Shown here: positions 1 through 8,753 of the stretch, in pieces
Position numbering within the stretch: the stretch's first letter is position 1
Layout: each line of letters starts with the position of its first letter
From: an uncultured bacterium
Lineage (GTDB): Bacteria; Chlamydiota; Chlamydiia; Chlamydiales; SM23-39
DNA: 57,918 nt
Assembly (NCBI GenBank): GCA_964618335.1
Contig: CAZTYI010000001.1
Location: 1-57,918, forward strand
Direction: 5' to 3'
Position numbers and translations under genes: made by a program
The notes under the pieces: model-generated
What the model was told of the DNA's origin: nothing
Database searches by the model: none
Seen by the model: the letters and a program-made list of their open reading frames with translations, nothing else

Positions 1-229
1 AGCTTCGTCTTCATTCAAAAACTCTTTTTTTAGAAAAAATCCAATCACTTTTTGGAAGAAATTAACAATTTTATTTTACCAGTCATTTCAGACCTCAATA
101 CTTTATCGTAAAATAGTTAAATTGCTCATTTTAAAATAACAGTTTATCGACAAAAAAATTACCGAGTTCTACAATTGCTTTAAAATGAAATTTTATAAAA
201 ATTTTTTGAGAAGTTTTAAGGAGCTTTCT

Positions 230-1288
230 ATGAATGCAACTTTGTTCTTCACACGTTTTTTATTTATTATTTTAAGTATGTTTTTTGGAGCAACTTATAT
301 GGCTGCTCTTAATTGGGGAAATGTTTTAACCGGCAGTCTCGCAGGTCTAGCTTTTGGTTTTATGCTAGTCGGTTTCGATCTAATTTTTAAGAAAAGCCAT
401 CTACGTTCTTTTAACTTAACAGCCCTTGGGCTTTTCTTCGGTTATCTAATGGGCAAAGGACTGACTTTAATCTTTGAGACTGCTTTAAAACTTGCGCCAG
501 CTTCTGCTCTACAGCCGCAGGTCATCGGGCTTTTACAGCTCGGACTTTTTCTCTTCGGCATTTATTTAGGCACTATCTTAACTATCAGATCAGCTAATGA
601 GTTTTATATTTCTCTACCTTTTATCAAACTGACAGCTCCGGCTTACAAGAAAAAAGATCTTTTAATCGACTCTTCTATTCTGGCCGATTCTAGAATTATC
701 GACCTAGCTGCTTGCGGTTTGATCGACAACCATCTAATCATTCCCCGCTTCATCGTCAAAGATCTTTTCAGTACCGTAGAAAACGGCGATGAAACCAGCA
801 AAGCCAAGGCCCGCCGCAGTTTAGATACTTTAAAAAAACTAGAAGGAGTCAGTGGCTTTGAAATCCGTTATAGCGAAACCGATTTCCCGGAAATCACAGA
901 ACAAACTAATAAGCTCGTAAAATTAGCCAGACTGAACAGCGCCCATATCTTAACCTCTGATATTTCCAAAGTGCAAATGGCTGCTATCGAAGGCATCAAA
1001 ATTATTAACTTGCATACTTTAGCTAATGCTTTCAAACCGCTCATGCAAGCCGGAGAAATTTTAAAAATCAAAATCCAGCGTTATGGCAAAGAACCCAATC
1101 AAGGCGTCGGATACCTAGAAGATGGAACTATGGTAGTGGTTAATGGCGGAGGTGACTTCATCGGCCAATGCATCGAAGCACAAGTGCTTTCCGTCAAACA
1201 TACAACTTCTGGTAGAATTATTTTTTGTAATGCTCAAGAAGAAGCACTAGCTCATAAAGCTGCTAACCCATACGAGACTTATGAATAA
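230..1288 (+). CDS. PIN/TRAM-domain integral membrane protein (YacL-like)
   Basis: The N-terminus has about 4 hydrophobic spans. The central region is PIN-like (LLIDSSILADSRIIDLAACG). The C-terminus is TRAM-like beta-rich (GVGYLEDGTMVVVNGGGDFIGQ). AAGGAG at 218-223 lies 6 nt before ATG 230, so 230 is favoured over the ORF-track start at 185. The stop overlaps the acpS start. Confidence 0.7.
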   Translation: MNATLFFTRFLFIILSMFFGATYMAALNWGNVLTGSLAGLAFGFMLVGFDLIFKKSHLRSFNLTALGLFFGYLMGKGLTLIFETALKLAPASALQPQVIGLLQLGLFLFGIYLGTILTIRSANEFYISLPFIKLTAPAYKKKDLLIDSSILADSRIIDLAACGLIDNHLIIPRFIVKDLFSTVENGDETSKAKARRSLDTLKKLEGVSGFEIRYSETDFPEITEQTNKLVKLARLNSAHILTSDISKVQMAAIEGIKIINLHTLANAFKPLMQAGEILKIKIQRYGKEPNQGVGYLEDGTMVVVNGGGDFIGQCIEAQVLSVKHTTSGRIIFCNAQEEALAHKAANPYETYE

Positions 1289-1658
1289 TTGCCAAGGTGT
1301 CGGAACCGACATTATAGAAATAGAACGCTTTGAAAAAACTTTAAAACGCTCCCCTAAAATCACAGAGAAACTCTTCAGCCCTAAAGAAAATAGCTATTGC
1401 CTGTCAAAAGGCAAAAATAAAGCTTTGCATCTAGCTGGCAGATTTGCTGCTAAAGAAGCAATTGTAAAAGCTTTGGGAGAGGGTTTTGGCAGAGAGATTT
1501 CTTTTCTGGATCTGGAAATTTTGAATAATAAAAAAGGCCAGCCTGAGGTTTTTTTATCTGAAAAATTAAAGAAAAGATTTCCAAAAATCAAAGTCTTAAT
1601 TAGCATCAGCCATTCCAAAACAGCTGCTATAGCTGTAGCTTTTGCATCGGCTATTTAG
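1281..1658 (+). CDS. acpS: holo-[acyl-carrier-protein] synthase
   Basis: 125 aa. It has the GVGTDIIEIERF motif typical of AcpS, plus FSPKE...GRFAAKEAIVKALG. Its start overlaps the upstream stop by 8 nt. Confidence 0.85.
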   Translation: MNNCQGVGTDIIEIERFEKTLKRSPKITEKLFSPKENSYCLSKGKNKALHLAGRFAAKEAIVKALGEGFGREISFLDLEILNNKKGQPEVFLSEKLKKRFPKIKVLISISHSKTAAIAVAFASAI

Positions 1659-1659
1659 A

Positions 1660-2478
1660 TTAAAAAGAAAAGCTGAGTAGATAAGCGACTGAATAAAAAT
1701 TAACTTGTTCAGGTGCTCGTTTAGCAAAAACCCTTCTTTTATATTCCAAGCTAAGAGTACCAAAAACACTAAAACGATAGCCTATCTTACCGCCTAAATC
1801 CAAAGCTTTAGAGCGGATAGATCCGTAGCCGTGAAAGTTATTCAGATCAATCTGGGTATGCCTTCCATAGCTATGATAAGCCCTAGCAAAAATAGCCCAA
1901 CGGAAAGCTTCCTCATGATTACCTTCAAAAGAAACTTTAGCACGCACCCAGGGCGAACCTTTTTCAGCAATACCAAAAGCGCCCATACCCCAAAGCCGGA
2001 AACGCCAGCTCTCGTCTTTAGTAAATTCTTTACCCAGAGAGACTGTACCTTCGAAATTGGCAATCCCTGGATAGAATGTAGAAATGTCGTGGGTAAAAAC
2101 TTTAGCTACTCCTCGAAAATTAAGACCTACGGTCAAAGCACAAGGATCTCCTATAATATCATCTAAAATACAATAGCGGCCCTGCAAAGCAGCCGAACGA
2201 AAATTAAAATGCTCAGCCCGATCGTCCATAAATTCCAGATCAACATCTAGGCTGACTTCCGAAGAAAAAGGAAATTCCAAATCAAAATATAATAAATGGT
2301 CTTTCTCAGTACCTTGAAAGGGAGTCGTAGAAGCGTTGACTTTAGAAAAAGTAGAATAGGTATATTTAGTAAACCAAGAAAATTCATAAATATTGCCAAA
2401 CCAGGGCTGGATCTCTATTCCAAAACCGCAAACAGCCCAAAAAGAGCCTAAAATTAGGGCAAGTTTTCTGATTTTCAT
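1660..2478 (-). CDS. predicted outer-membrane beta-barrel protein (hypothetical)
   Basis: It has a signal peptide (MKIRKLALILGSFWAVCGFG) and alternating aromatic/hydrophilic beta-strand pattern. The C-terminal ...YLLSFSF ends in Phe, as in OMP sorting signals. Its ATG overlaps the trxB stop (ATGA). Confidence 0.5.
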   Translation of the reverse strand: MKIRKLALILGSFWAVCGFGIEIQPWFGNIYEFSWFTKYTYSTFSKVNASTTPFQGTEKDHLLYFDLEFPFSSEVSLDVDLEFMDDRAEHFNFRSAALQGRYCILDDIIGDPCALTVGLNFRGVAKVFTHDISTFYPGIANFEGTVSLGKEFTKDESWRFRLWGMGAFGIAEKGSPWVRAKVSFEGNHEEAFRWAIFARAYHSYGRHTQIDLNNFHGYGSIRSKALDLGGKIGYRFSVFGTLSLEYKRRVFAKRAPEQVNFYSVAYLLSFSF

Positions 2479-3425
2479 TTTTTAAGAAATCCTTTTTGAG
2501 ATAACCATTTTTCAGCATCCAAAGCAGCCATACAGCCTGATCCAGCAGCAGTTATTGCCTGCTTATAAATATAGTCTTGAACATCCCCAGCAGCAAAGAC
2601 ACCTTCTTTGCTAGTCAGGGTTTGACACTTTTGGGTCAGAATATAACCGTTAGGCTTAAGCTCTAACTGTCCTTTTAAAAAAGCAGTGTTAGGAGTATGG
2701 CCGATTGCAAAAAAGAGACCAGCGCCTTTGATTTTTTCGGTTTTTGAACTGGCTGTATCTTTCAGAACTACTTCTTGAACAGTCTTGTCCCCTAAAATCT
2801 CTACTAATTCGCGGTTGAAAAGCACTTTGATCTTATCATGGTTTAATACTCTTTTAGCCATAATCGGCGAAGCTTTCAGCTCGTCACGGCGATGTACCAG
2901 ATAGACGACAGAAGCGAATTTAGTTAAAAAAAGCGCTTCTTCAGCAGCGCTGTCTCCGCCACCGATCACAAACAGCGGCTGGCCTTTAAACATAGGTATG
3001 GCTCCATCACAAACGGCGCAAGTAGAAACGCCTTTTTGCCAAAATTCTGCTACTCCTGGGACATCCAATTTTCTAGAGCTCGCGCCTGTAGCTATAATCA
3101 CAGATTGGGCTTGCAGCTTGGTTTTAGAACCTTCGATTAAAAAAGGATGGCTTTTCAGATCTACAGAAAGTACATCTTCAGCAAGGATTTTAGTTCCATG
3201 TCTGAGTGCCTGTTTTTTACAGTTTTCCATTAGATCAGGACCTAAAATACCTTCTGGAAAACCAGGAAAATTTTCTACCATCGTGGTAGTTGTCAGTTGT
3301 CCGCCTGCAGGACCGTTTTGAAACCCTTCAAATAAATGGGGTTCGAGCTCAGCGCGGGCTGCGTAAATCGCTGCCGTATAAGCCGCTGGGCCGGAGCCCA
3401 CAATCACTAACTTAACTTTTTGCAT
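2475..3425 (-). CDS. trxB: thioredoxin-disulfide reductase
   Basis: It has the FAD motif VIVGSGPAAYTAAIYAARA, the redox-active CAVCDG motif, and the NADPH motif GGGDSAAEEA. Confidence 0.9.
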   Translation of the reverse strand: MQKVKLVIVGSGPAAYTAAIYAARAELEPHLFEGFQNGPAGGQLTTTTMVENFPGFPEGILGPDLMENCKKQALRHGTKILAEDVLSVDLKSHPFLIEGSKTKLQAQSVIIATGASSRKLDVPGVAEFWQKGVSTCAVCDGAIPMFKGQPLFVIGGGDSAAEEALFLTKFASVVYLVHRRDELKASPIMAKRVLNHDKIKVLFNRELVEILGDKTVQEVVLKDTASSKTEKIKGAGLFFAIGHTPNTAFLKGQLELKPNGYILTQKCQTLTSKEGVFAAGDVQDYIYKQAITAAGSGCMAALDAEKWLSQKGFLKK

Positions 3426-3732
3426 ATGCTTTCTGGTTAAAATTGATATTAACTTACCACCATAATACGAACAGACATTTTTTGAAATTTTTTCTTATTT
3501 TTTTATCTATAAATCTTTTGAAAATCTTCTAGAAAAAAAGTAGTCAATAATCAGTTTTTCTGTAAAAATATTCGCCCTGCTTTAATATAGGAATTAGAAT
3601 AGATTTTATTAAAGTAAGTTGGATTAAAAATATATAAGCAGAACTAACAGATAGAAAACTAGATCTGTTGGAAAATCGATTAGATTGTGCTAAAAATAGA
3701 TTGGTAAAATTTAAGGAGTTCACCGCAAGAAA

Positions 3733-6543
3733 ATGAAAAGTTTGCTACGGAGGGCCTTCGGGATTTATCCCGGAGAAGATAAAAATATCCTGCGCTTTGT
3801 GTTCTTAGCGCTCCTCTGGGCTTTCGGCAGCTCGATTGCTGAAACGCTCTCTATTTCTCTGTTTGTAGAAAAGGTAGGTGCTGACAAACTGCCTTTAGCC
3901 TACATGCTAACCGCCTGTGTCTTAATTGCCTGTTCTTTTCTTTTTCTATACTCTTTAAAAAAAACTTCTCCCAATCAGATTCTCTCCCATATCCTTAAAT
4001 TCGCAGTCTTCACCTACGCTATTTTTACTGCGATTTTATTTTTTAATCCAGGTCAGTGGTTTTGGTATCTTCTGCAAATTACTACTTATACTTTCGTTGC
4101 TGCTCTGATTGCCAGCTATTGGACCTTTTTGGATACTTATCATGATTTGCAAGATGCTAAGAGAATCTACGGAGTCTATAATGCATCTTACTTTCTAGGC
4201 TATGTACTATCCGGCAGTTTAATCAACTTAGTCTTTGACAAAGTAGGCCTCATTCCCCTCTTTTCTTTAGTTGTCTTTTTAATGTTTTGCGCCTATCTGC
4301 AAATTCAAAAAATCATTCGCACTGTTAAATCAGTCGAAGACGATTCTATGGAAGGAATTTTAGTCAGCGGTAAACGAGGACTGAAAGCTCTTTTTAGAAT
4401 CTTTGCTAGCTCGCGCTACACAGTCTTTTTAGTTTCCATGAGCCTTTTCATTCAGCTGATTCGTACTACGACTGAATTTAGCTATATGGATACTTTTGAA
4501 AGAATCTTTGATCCCCGTCTTTCTACCCCCCAAAATCCTATTACGGGAAATACCATCGCTGAACTGTTAGGTAAAATTAAAGCTTTCAACGCCGTGAGCA
4601 ATATTATTTTAGGGACTTTCATCTACCACCGCGGCATCAAAAAACTAGGGTTAGCTAATTTACTTTTACTCCCACCTCTGGTCTTTACTTTTCTTTATTC
4701 AGAATGGGTTATCCAATCTACGCTCTTAATCGCTATTATGGCAGTCGTTGCTGTCGAAGGCTTTCTCTTTACCGTAGAAGACAATAACTTTAATCTATTG
4801 ATCAAAGCAGCCCCAAGTAAGCTCAGAGGAGCTCTACGCTTTATCAACGACTCTTTTTTTGAACCGATAGGTCTTTTAATCAGCTCTATTTTCCTAATCT
4901 TTTTGAAAAGCCACCATCTTTGGCTAGGATTTAGCCTAGCTATAGTTCTTTTAAGTATTTCTTTTGTGGTGCGTCATTTCTATCCTAAATCCATTCTGCT
5001 GAACTTAAAAGCCAACGCTCTTCAATTCGAACGCAAAATCAGCGACTGGATCAGCTGCCTGTCTAAAAAAGAACAAAAAGAAATCCGCGAAGATATTTTT
5101 GAAGCGCTCAAAAGCGACTCTGAAAAAATGCAGCTTTTAGCTTTTCAGACTCTACTTTCTTTGGGTAATCAAAAAATGCTGCCGGGGATGCTCTTTTATG
5201 CTGATAATTTTTCAGAAGAAGGCAAAATCACAGTGCTGAATGATCTCGACAACTCTGCTTTTTCCCAAAGCTCAGCGATTATTGAAACTATTGATAAATG
5301 GCTTTTAAACAACCCTTCCAACGAGCTTGAAAAACATGCTCAGTTCTACCTGGCCAAAAGAGGCCTATTACATCCTGAAAAAGTAGCTGATCTTCTAGAT
5401 TCTTCTGATCTCCATTCTAAAGCCATTGCAATTGTAACTTTTAAAAATTCTAAAGCCCAGCAATCGCCAGAAAATGCAGCTTTAAACAAAACAATCGCTA
5501 AAAAAGAAACCGATCTGCTCTTAGCCTCTGTCAAAGAAGCAGAAAAAATACTAGGCCTAGAATTAATCTCTCCGGAATTTACCGACAGTATTGCAAAAGT
5601 GATTAAATTTTTAGATAGTGAAAATTTAAAAGTAGCTATTGCTGCCAGCCAAGCTCTCTTAAAATTTTCTTCTAAAACACTTTCTCCCTATGCCTTAAAA
5701 ATCATCGAAAGAATGAATGAAGTTTCAGATAATAAATTCCGGCTTTATTGCCTAAAAGCATTAGGCATTATTTCTGACGCTTCCACAGTCAAAGAAATTA
5801 TTGAGACCAGCATCTTTTTCCGTCCTTCAGAGAAAAGACTGACTGAAGCCATTATCATTAAAATGGGTCTAAAAACAGTTCCTACGCTGATTTCTCTGGT
5901 TAAAGATGTCAAGCTGCATGACCATAGCCGGATTTTAGCCAGTAAAACACTCGGTCGTATCGCTCTACCTCAACTGCAGGCTAATTTAAACGAAGTCTTG
6001 GAAATTGAAATCAAACGCGCTTATTTTTATCTTTACTGCGGCCATACGATCCAAAAAGAATACCCTCTTTACGACTTAAAACTGTTAGAAAACGCTCTGC
6101 TAACTGGGTTACAATCGGTAGTCTCTTTTATTATTCATCTGCTAGGAGCTGCCGGCTCTTTGGAAGACTGTGATCTACTTGCCTATTCATTACACAGCAA
6201 AAATGCTAAAGATCAGGCTGATGCAGTGGAAACTATGGAAAAAAACTGCAGTAGACGCATTTTTACCAAAATCCAGCCTTTAATCGACGAATGGCCGTTA
6301 GAAGAAATATTTAAAGCTTATGAAAAATTCTATGGCTCCTTCCCCAGTGTTTCTTTAAGTGAGCTTTTAACTAAACTAGAAAATTCAGCTTCGCTTTTTG
6401 ATAAAACCATAGCCTCTTCTTTAAAAGCCAAACTGCGCATGCCTAAGTGGCGAGAATCCCTACGTGAACAAATTAAAAACTCCGATGGACCTTTACATCA
6501 ATATGCTTACGAGCTGTTGGAGTCCTCGAATATTCCCGGATAA
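3733..6543 (+). CDS. polytopic transporter-like membrane domain (TLC/NTT- or MFS-like) fused to a C-terminal HEAT-repeat domain
   Basis: 936 aa. Residues ~1-430 contain ~11-12 hydrophobic spans (LRFVFLALLWAFGSSIA, LAYMLTACVLIACSFLFLY, WFWYLLQITTYTFVAALIASYW ...). Residues ~440-936 are soluble and helical with recurring HEAT-like units (VAIAASQALLKF, RLYCLKALGIISD, RILASKTLGRIALP). Confidence 0.6.
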   Translation: MKSLLRRAFGIYPGEDKNILRFVFLALLWAFGSSIAETLSISLFVEKVGADKLPLAYMLTACVLIACSFLFLYSLKKTSPNQILSHILKFAVFTYAIFTAILFFNPGQWFWYLLQITTYTFVAALIASYWTFLDTYHDLQDAKRIYGVYNASYFLGYVLSGSLINLVFDKVGLIPLFSLVVFLMFCAYLQIQKIIRTVKSVEDDSMEGILVSGKRGLKALFRIFASSRYTVFLVSMSLFIQLIRTTTEFSYMDTFERIFDPRLSTPQNPITGNTIAELLGKIKAFNAVSNIILGTFIYHRGIKKLGLANLLLLPPLVFTFLYSEWVIQSTLLIAIMAVVAVEGFLFTVEDNNFNLLIKAAPSKLRGALRFINDSFFEPIGLLISSIFLIFLKSHHLWLGFSLAIVLLSISFVVRHFYPKSILLNLKANALQFERKISDWISCLSKKEQKEIREDIFEALKSDSEKMQLLAFQTLLSLGNQKMLPGMLFYADNFSEEGKITVLNDLDNSAFSQSSAIIETIDKWLLNNPSNELEKHAQFYLAKRGLLHPEKVADLLDSSDLHSKAIAIVTFKNSKAQQSPENAALNKTIAKKETDLLLASVKEAEKILGLELISPEFTDSIAKVIKFLDSENLKVAIAASQALLKFSSKTLSPYALKIIERMNEVSDNKFRLYCLKALGIISDASTVKEIIETSIFFRPSEKRLTEAIIIKMGLKTVPTLISLVKDVKLHDHSRILASKTLGRIALPQLQANLNEVLEIEIKRAYFYLYCGHTIQKEYPLYDLKLLENALLTGLQSVVSFIIHLLGAAGSLEDCDLLAYSLHSKNAKDQADAVETMEKNCSRRIFTKIQPLIDEWPLEEIFKAYEKFYGSFPSVSLSELLTKLENSASLFDKTIASSLKAKLRMPKWRESLREQIKNSDGPLHQYAYELLESSNIPG

Positions 6544-6624
6544 TACCCGGCTTAACGAAGGAAGAGATAGATAGAAATTGTGCTAGAACCTTATAGGCAG
6601 AATAAGAGCCAGGAAAGACAAATT

Positions 6625-7122
6625 ATGAAAGAATTAAGTTTGATTGAAAAAGCCTTCTTTTTAAAAAAAATCATGCTCTTTGAAGAGCTGGATTTAGATC
6701 TGTTAGTAGCTATCGCCGATAAGATGAGCCAGGATGTCTTTGATGAAAAGGACAAAGTCTTTGAAATCAATGGTAAAGCCAGCCGGATGTATTTTATTGC
6801 CCAAGGAGAAGTACAGCTCTTAGATGAAAATAGCCTGCCCTTTCAAACGCTTGGCCCTACTGAATTTTTTGGTGATGAATCTCTCTTCGCTTCTGCTCAG
6901 CGTGATTATCAAGCTGTTTGCTCTCAAAACACTCTTTTTCTAACGCTCTCCAAAACCAATCTTTTGACTATTATTTCTGAATGTCCTTCAATTGCTATTG
7001 CCCTGCTTTCACACTATGCTCAAAAAACTAGCTGCCGGCATATTCCAGCAAATAAAAAAGATAAAAATATCACGAACAAAGAACAAAGTGCCAATCATCC
7101 CTCCCTAAAGACAGGTATTTAA
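6625..7122 (+). CDS. cyclic-nucleotide-binding domain protein
   Basis: It shows the cNMP/CAP beta-roll pattern (FFLKKIMLFEELD, RMYFIAQGEVQLL, FFGDESLF...QRDYQAVC). ATG 6625 is preceded by AGGAAAG, whereas the ORF-track GTG at 6580 lacks an RBS. Its stop lies 1 nt before the next start. Confidence 0.7.
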   Translation: MKELSLIEKAFFLKKIMLFEELDLDLLVAIADKMSQDVFDEKDKVFEINGKASRMYFIAQGEVQLLDENSLPFQTLGPTEFFGDESLFASAQRDYQAVCSQNTLFLTLSKTNLLTIISECPSIAIALLSHYAQKTSCRHIPANKKDKNITNKEQSANHPSLKTGI

Positions 7123-7123
7123 A

Positions 7124-8440
7124 ATGAAAATTAGAACGCGCCTTTTACTTTTTCTCTTGCCCACTACGATTGGCGCTACAGTTTTTATTTCTGCTATTCT
7201 TTCTTACAACTGGCATGCGGAAATTGTCAGCAATTTTAAAACCAAATTGCTCTCTTCAACACTGACTTATAATTCTCTGGTCCAAAAAAAAGACCCCCAG
7301 CCTAAAGAAAATTCTCCGCAGTTACAAAAAGCTCTTTCTGATCTACAAAGCAAGCTTAATATCAACAGTTTTTATACTATTTCCAAATTGCCTAAACAAG
7401 CCCAGCTAGAAAAAAAACCCTATCTTCATTACTGTTCGACTGCCTTTCAAAAAAATTCTAAATCCAAAATCATGACCGTTTATCTGCCTATAGCCAATTC
7501 TAAGGCTTTTTTAGCTGCTGATGCATCTTTAGATATTGTCTACGAAAAGTTTCAAGAAGAGCTTTTCATTATCATTGTGACTTCGGTATTTGCTCTGATT
7601 GCTATGGCTGGCAGCTTGGTCTTGATGGCAAAGAAAATTGTCCGTCCGATTCAAAAGCTAAATAACTCAGCACTAACCATTGCTGCCGGACAGTATGGCG
7701 ATTCCGTCAAAATCAACGGTCCTAAAGAGCTCAAAGAGCTGTCAAACACCTTGAATACCATGAGCGAATGCCTCTACGAGAATATCAACCGGCTGAAAGA
7801 AAATACGCTCATCAGGGAAAAGACCCATGGAGAATATGAATGTGCCATGTTCTTACAAAATTATATGCTCCAAAAAGTCATCGATGAATGCCCTGCTGAC
7901 AACATTGCTACTAAAGCTATTTCTTTTTATTCCTATGAACCAAGAGGCTTTCTTTTAGATTTTCCTTCATTGACAGACGAGCTTTTACAAATTCAGCTAG
8001 CGGAAGCCAAAGAAGGCGGCTTCGACGATATGTATTTACTGTTGACTAATTACAAACTATTTAAAAATTCTAACAAAAAAATGCTCAATAAAAACTATCC
8101 CTTTCAACAGATTTCAATTATCAAGCCTTCTAATTTACTGGTCTATAAAACCCATCAGCTCTTACCTCCTTTTATCTGGTCGCTTTCTGAGAAAAAACTT
8201 TTCTCTCAAAACAACTATTTTCTGAAGGCTGGAGACTTTGTTTTTCTAAGCAATAAAGGACTAGCAAACTATTTCTCTGCACCGATAATTAAGACTATTA
8301 TTGAAAGGGTTTTCAGCGTCTTTGCCGAAGAAGGCTTGGAAGTAGCTTCTAATATGCTCAAAAAAGAAATTTCTTTTGCTGTTAAAAGAAAAGACACAGA
8401 AGAAGATTTGCATCTTCTTTGCCTACAGATACTTTATTAA
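7124..8440 (+). CDS. membrane sensor with HAMP linker and degenerate SpoIIE/PP2C-like (RsbU-type) domain
   Basis: It has TM1 (LLLFLLPTTIGATVFISAIL), a ~130-aa extracytoplasmic loop and TM2 (LFIIIVTSVFALIAMAGSLVLM). A HAMP-like segment follows (IVRPIQKLNNSALTIAAGQYGD...LKELSNTLNTMSECL). The C-terminal ~200 aa align by eye to PP2C blocks, but the acidic metal ligands are replaced (RGFLLDF, AEAKEGG, SNKG, EEDLHLL). Confidence 0.55.
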   Translation: MKIRTRLLLFLLPTTIGATVFISAILSYNWHAEIVSNFKTKLLSSTLTYNSLVQKKDPQPKENSPQLQKALSDLQSKLNINSFYTISKLPKQAQLEKKPYLHYCSTAFQKNSKSKIMTVYLPIANSKAFLAADASLDIVYEKFQEELFIIIVTSVFALIAMAGSLVLMAKKIVRPIQKLNNSALTIAAGQYGDSVKINGPKELKELSNTLNTMSECLYENINRLKENTLIREKTHGEYECAMFLQNYMLQKVIDECPADNIATKAISFYSYEPRGFLLDFPSLTDELLQIQLAEAKEGGFDDMYLLLTNYKLFKNSNKKMLNKNYPFQQISIIKPSNLLVYKTHQLLPPFIWSLSEKKLFSQNNYFLKAGDFVFLSNKGLANYFSAPIIKTIIERVFSVFAEEGLEVASNMLKKEISFAVKRKDTEEDLHLLCLQILY

Positions 8441-8450
8441 AAGAATATGA

Positions 8451-8489
8451 AGTGCTTTTATAAAAAAGCACTATAGTTAGCTATAGTGC
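8451..8489. terminator. convergent-gene terminator region with two overlapping hairpins
   Basis: Hairpin 1 pairs AGTGCTTTT (8451-8459) with AAAAGCACT (8464-8472). Hairpin 2 pairs GCACTATAG (8468-8476) with CTATAGTGC (8481-8489). On the minus strand hairpin 2 is followed by a T-run (8461-8467), a classic intrinsic terminator for acpP. Confidence 0.6.
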
Positions 8490-8496
8490 TTAGAAA

Positions 8497-8730
8497 TTAC
8501 TTCTGCTTAGATTGGATATAATCAACTACATCTTTAACAGTCTTGAGCTTTTCAGCATCTTCTTCAGAAATTTCAAAGCCAAAACGCTCTTCAAAAGTCA
8601 TAATTAACTCTGTTAAATCAAGCGAATCAGCGTTTAAATCCTCTACAAAGGACTTTTCTAAAGTCACTTCTGCAGCATCAACGCCGAGCTGCTCTACAAT
8701 GACTTCTATTACTTCTTTCTCAATGGACAT
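8497..8730 (-). CDS. acpP: acyl carrier protein
   Basis: 77 aa and acidic, with the phosphopantetheine attachment motif [20 protein letters not shown]. Confidence 0.95.
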   Translation of the reverse strand: MSIEKEVIEVIVEQLGVDAAEVTLEKSFVEDLNADSLDLTELIMTFEERFGFEISEEDAEKLKTVKDVVDYIQSKQK

Positions 8731-8753
8731 AGATTCCCCTTTTATTGTTGTTG

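Noticed and set aside
1-14. A possible minus-strand start codon at the window edge (reverse complement ATGAAGACGAAGCT...) for a gene leaving the window to the left.
   Set aside because: Only 4 codons are visible, so neither a gene nor a product can be supported.
868-1071. These are antisense or alternative-frame ORFs listed in the six-frame track that lie inside confidently called genes. Examples are 868-1071, 1394-1618, 1831-2166, 1842-2063, 2998-3321, 5346-5534, 8543-8785, 9139-9327, 10092-10388, 10524-10748, 11229-11480, 12993-13352, 13413-13634, 13956-14274, 16004-16581, 21651-22140, 22922-23107, 25083-25268, 25710-25950, 31417-31692, 35933-36160, 37005-37400, 46285-46485, 46712-47173, 50134-50376, 50807-51551 and 52930-53541.
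   Set aside because: Each one overlaps, on the opposite strand or in another frame, a gene with strong family motifs. Their translations are low-complexity or Ser/Leu/Phe/Lys-rich, as expected for shadow ORFs in AT-rich DNA. None has an obvious RBS or a recognisable motif.
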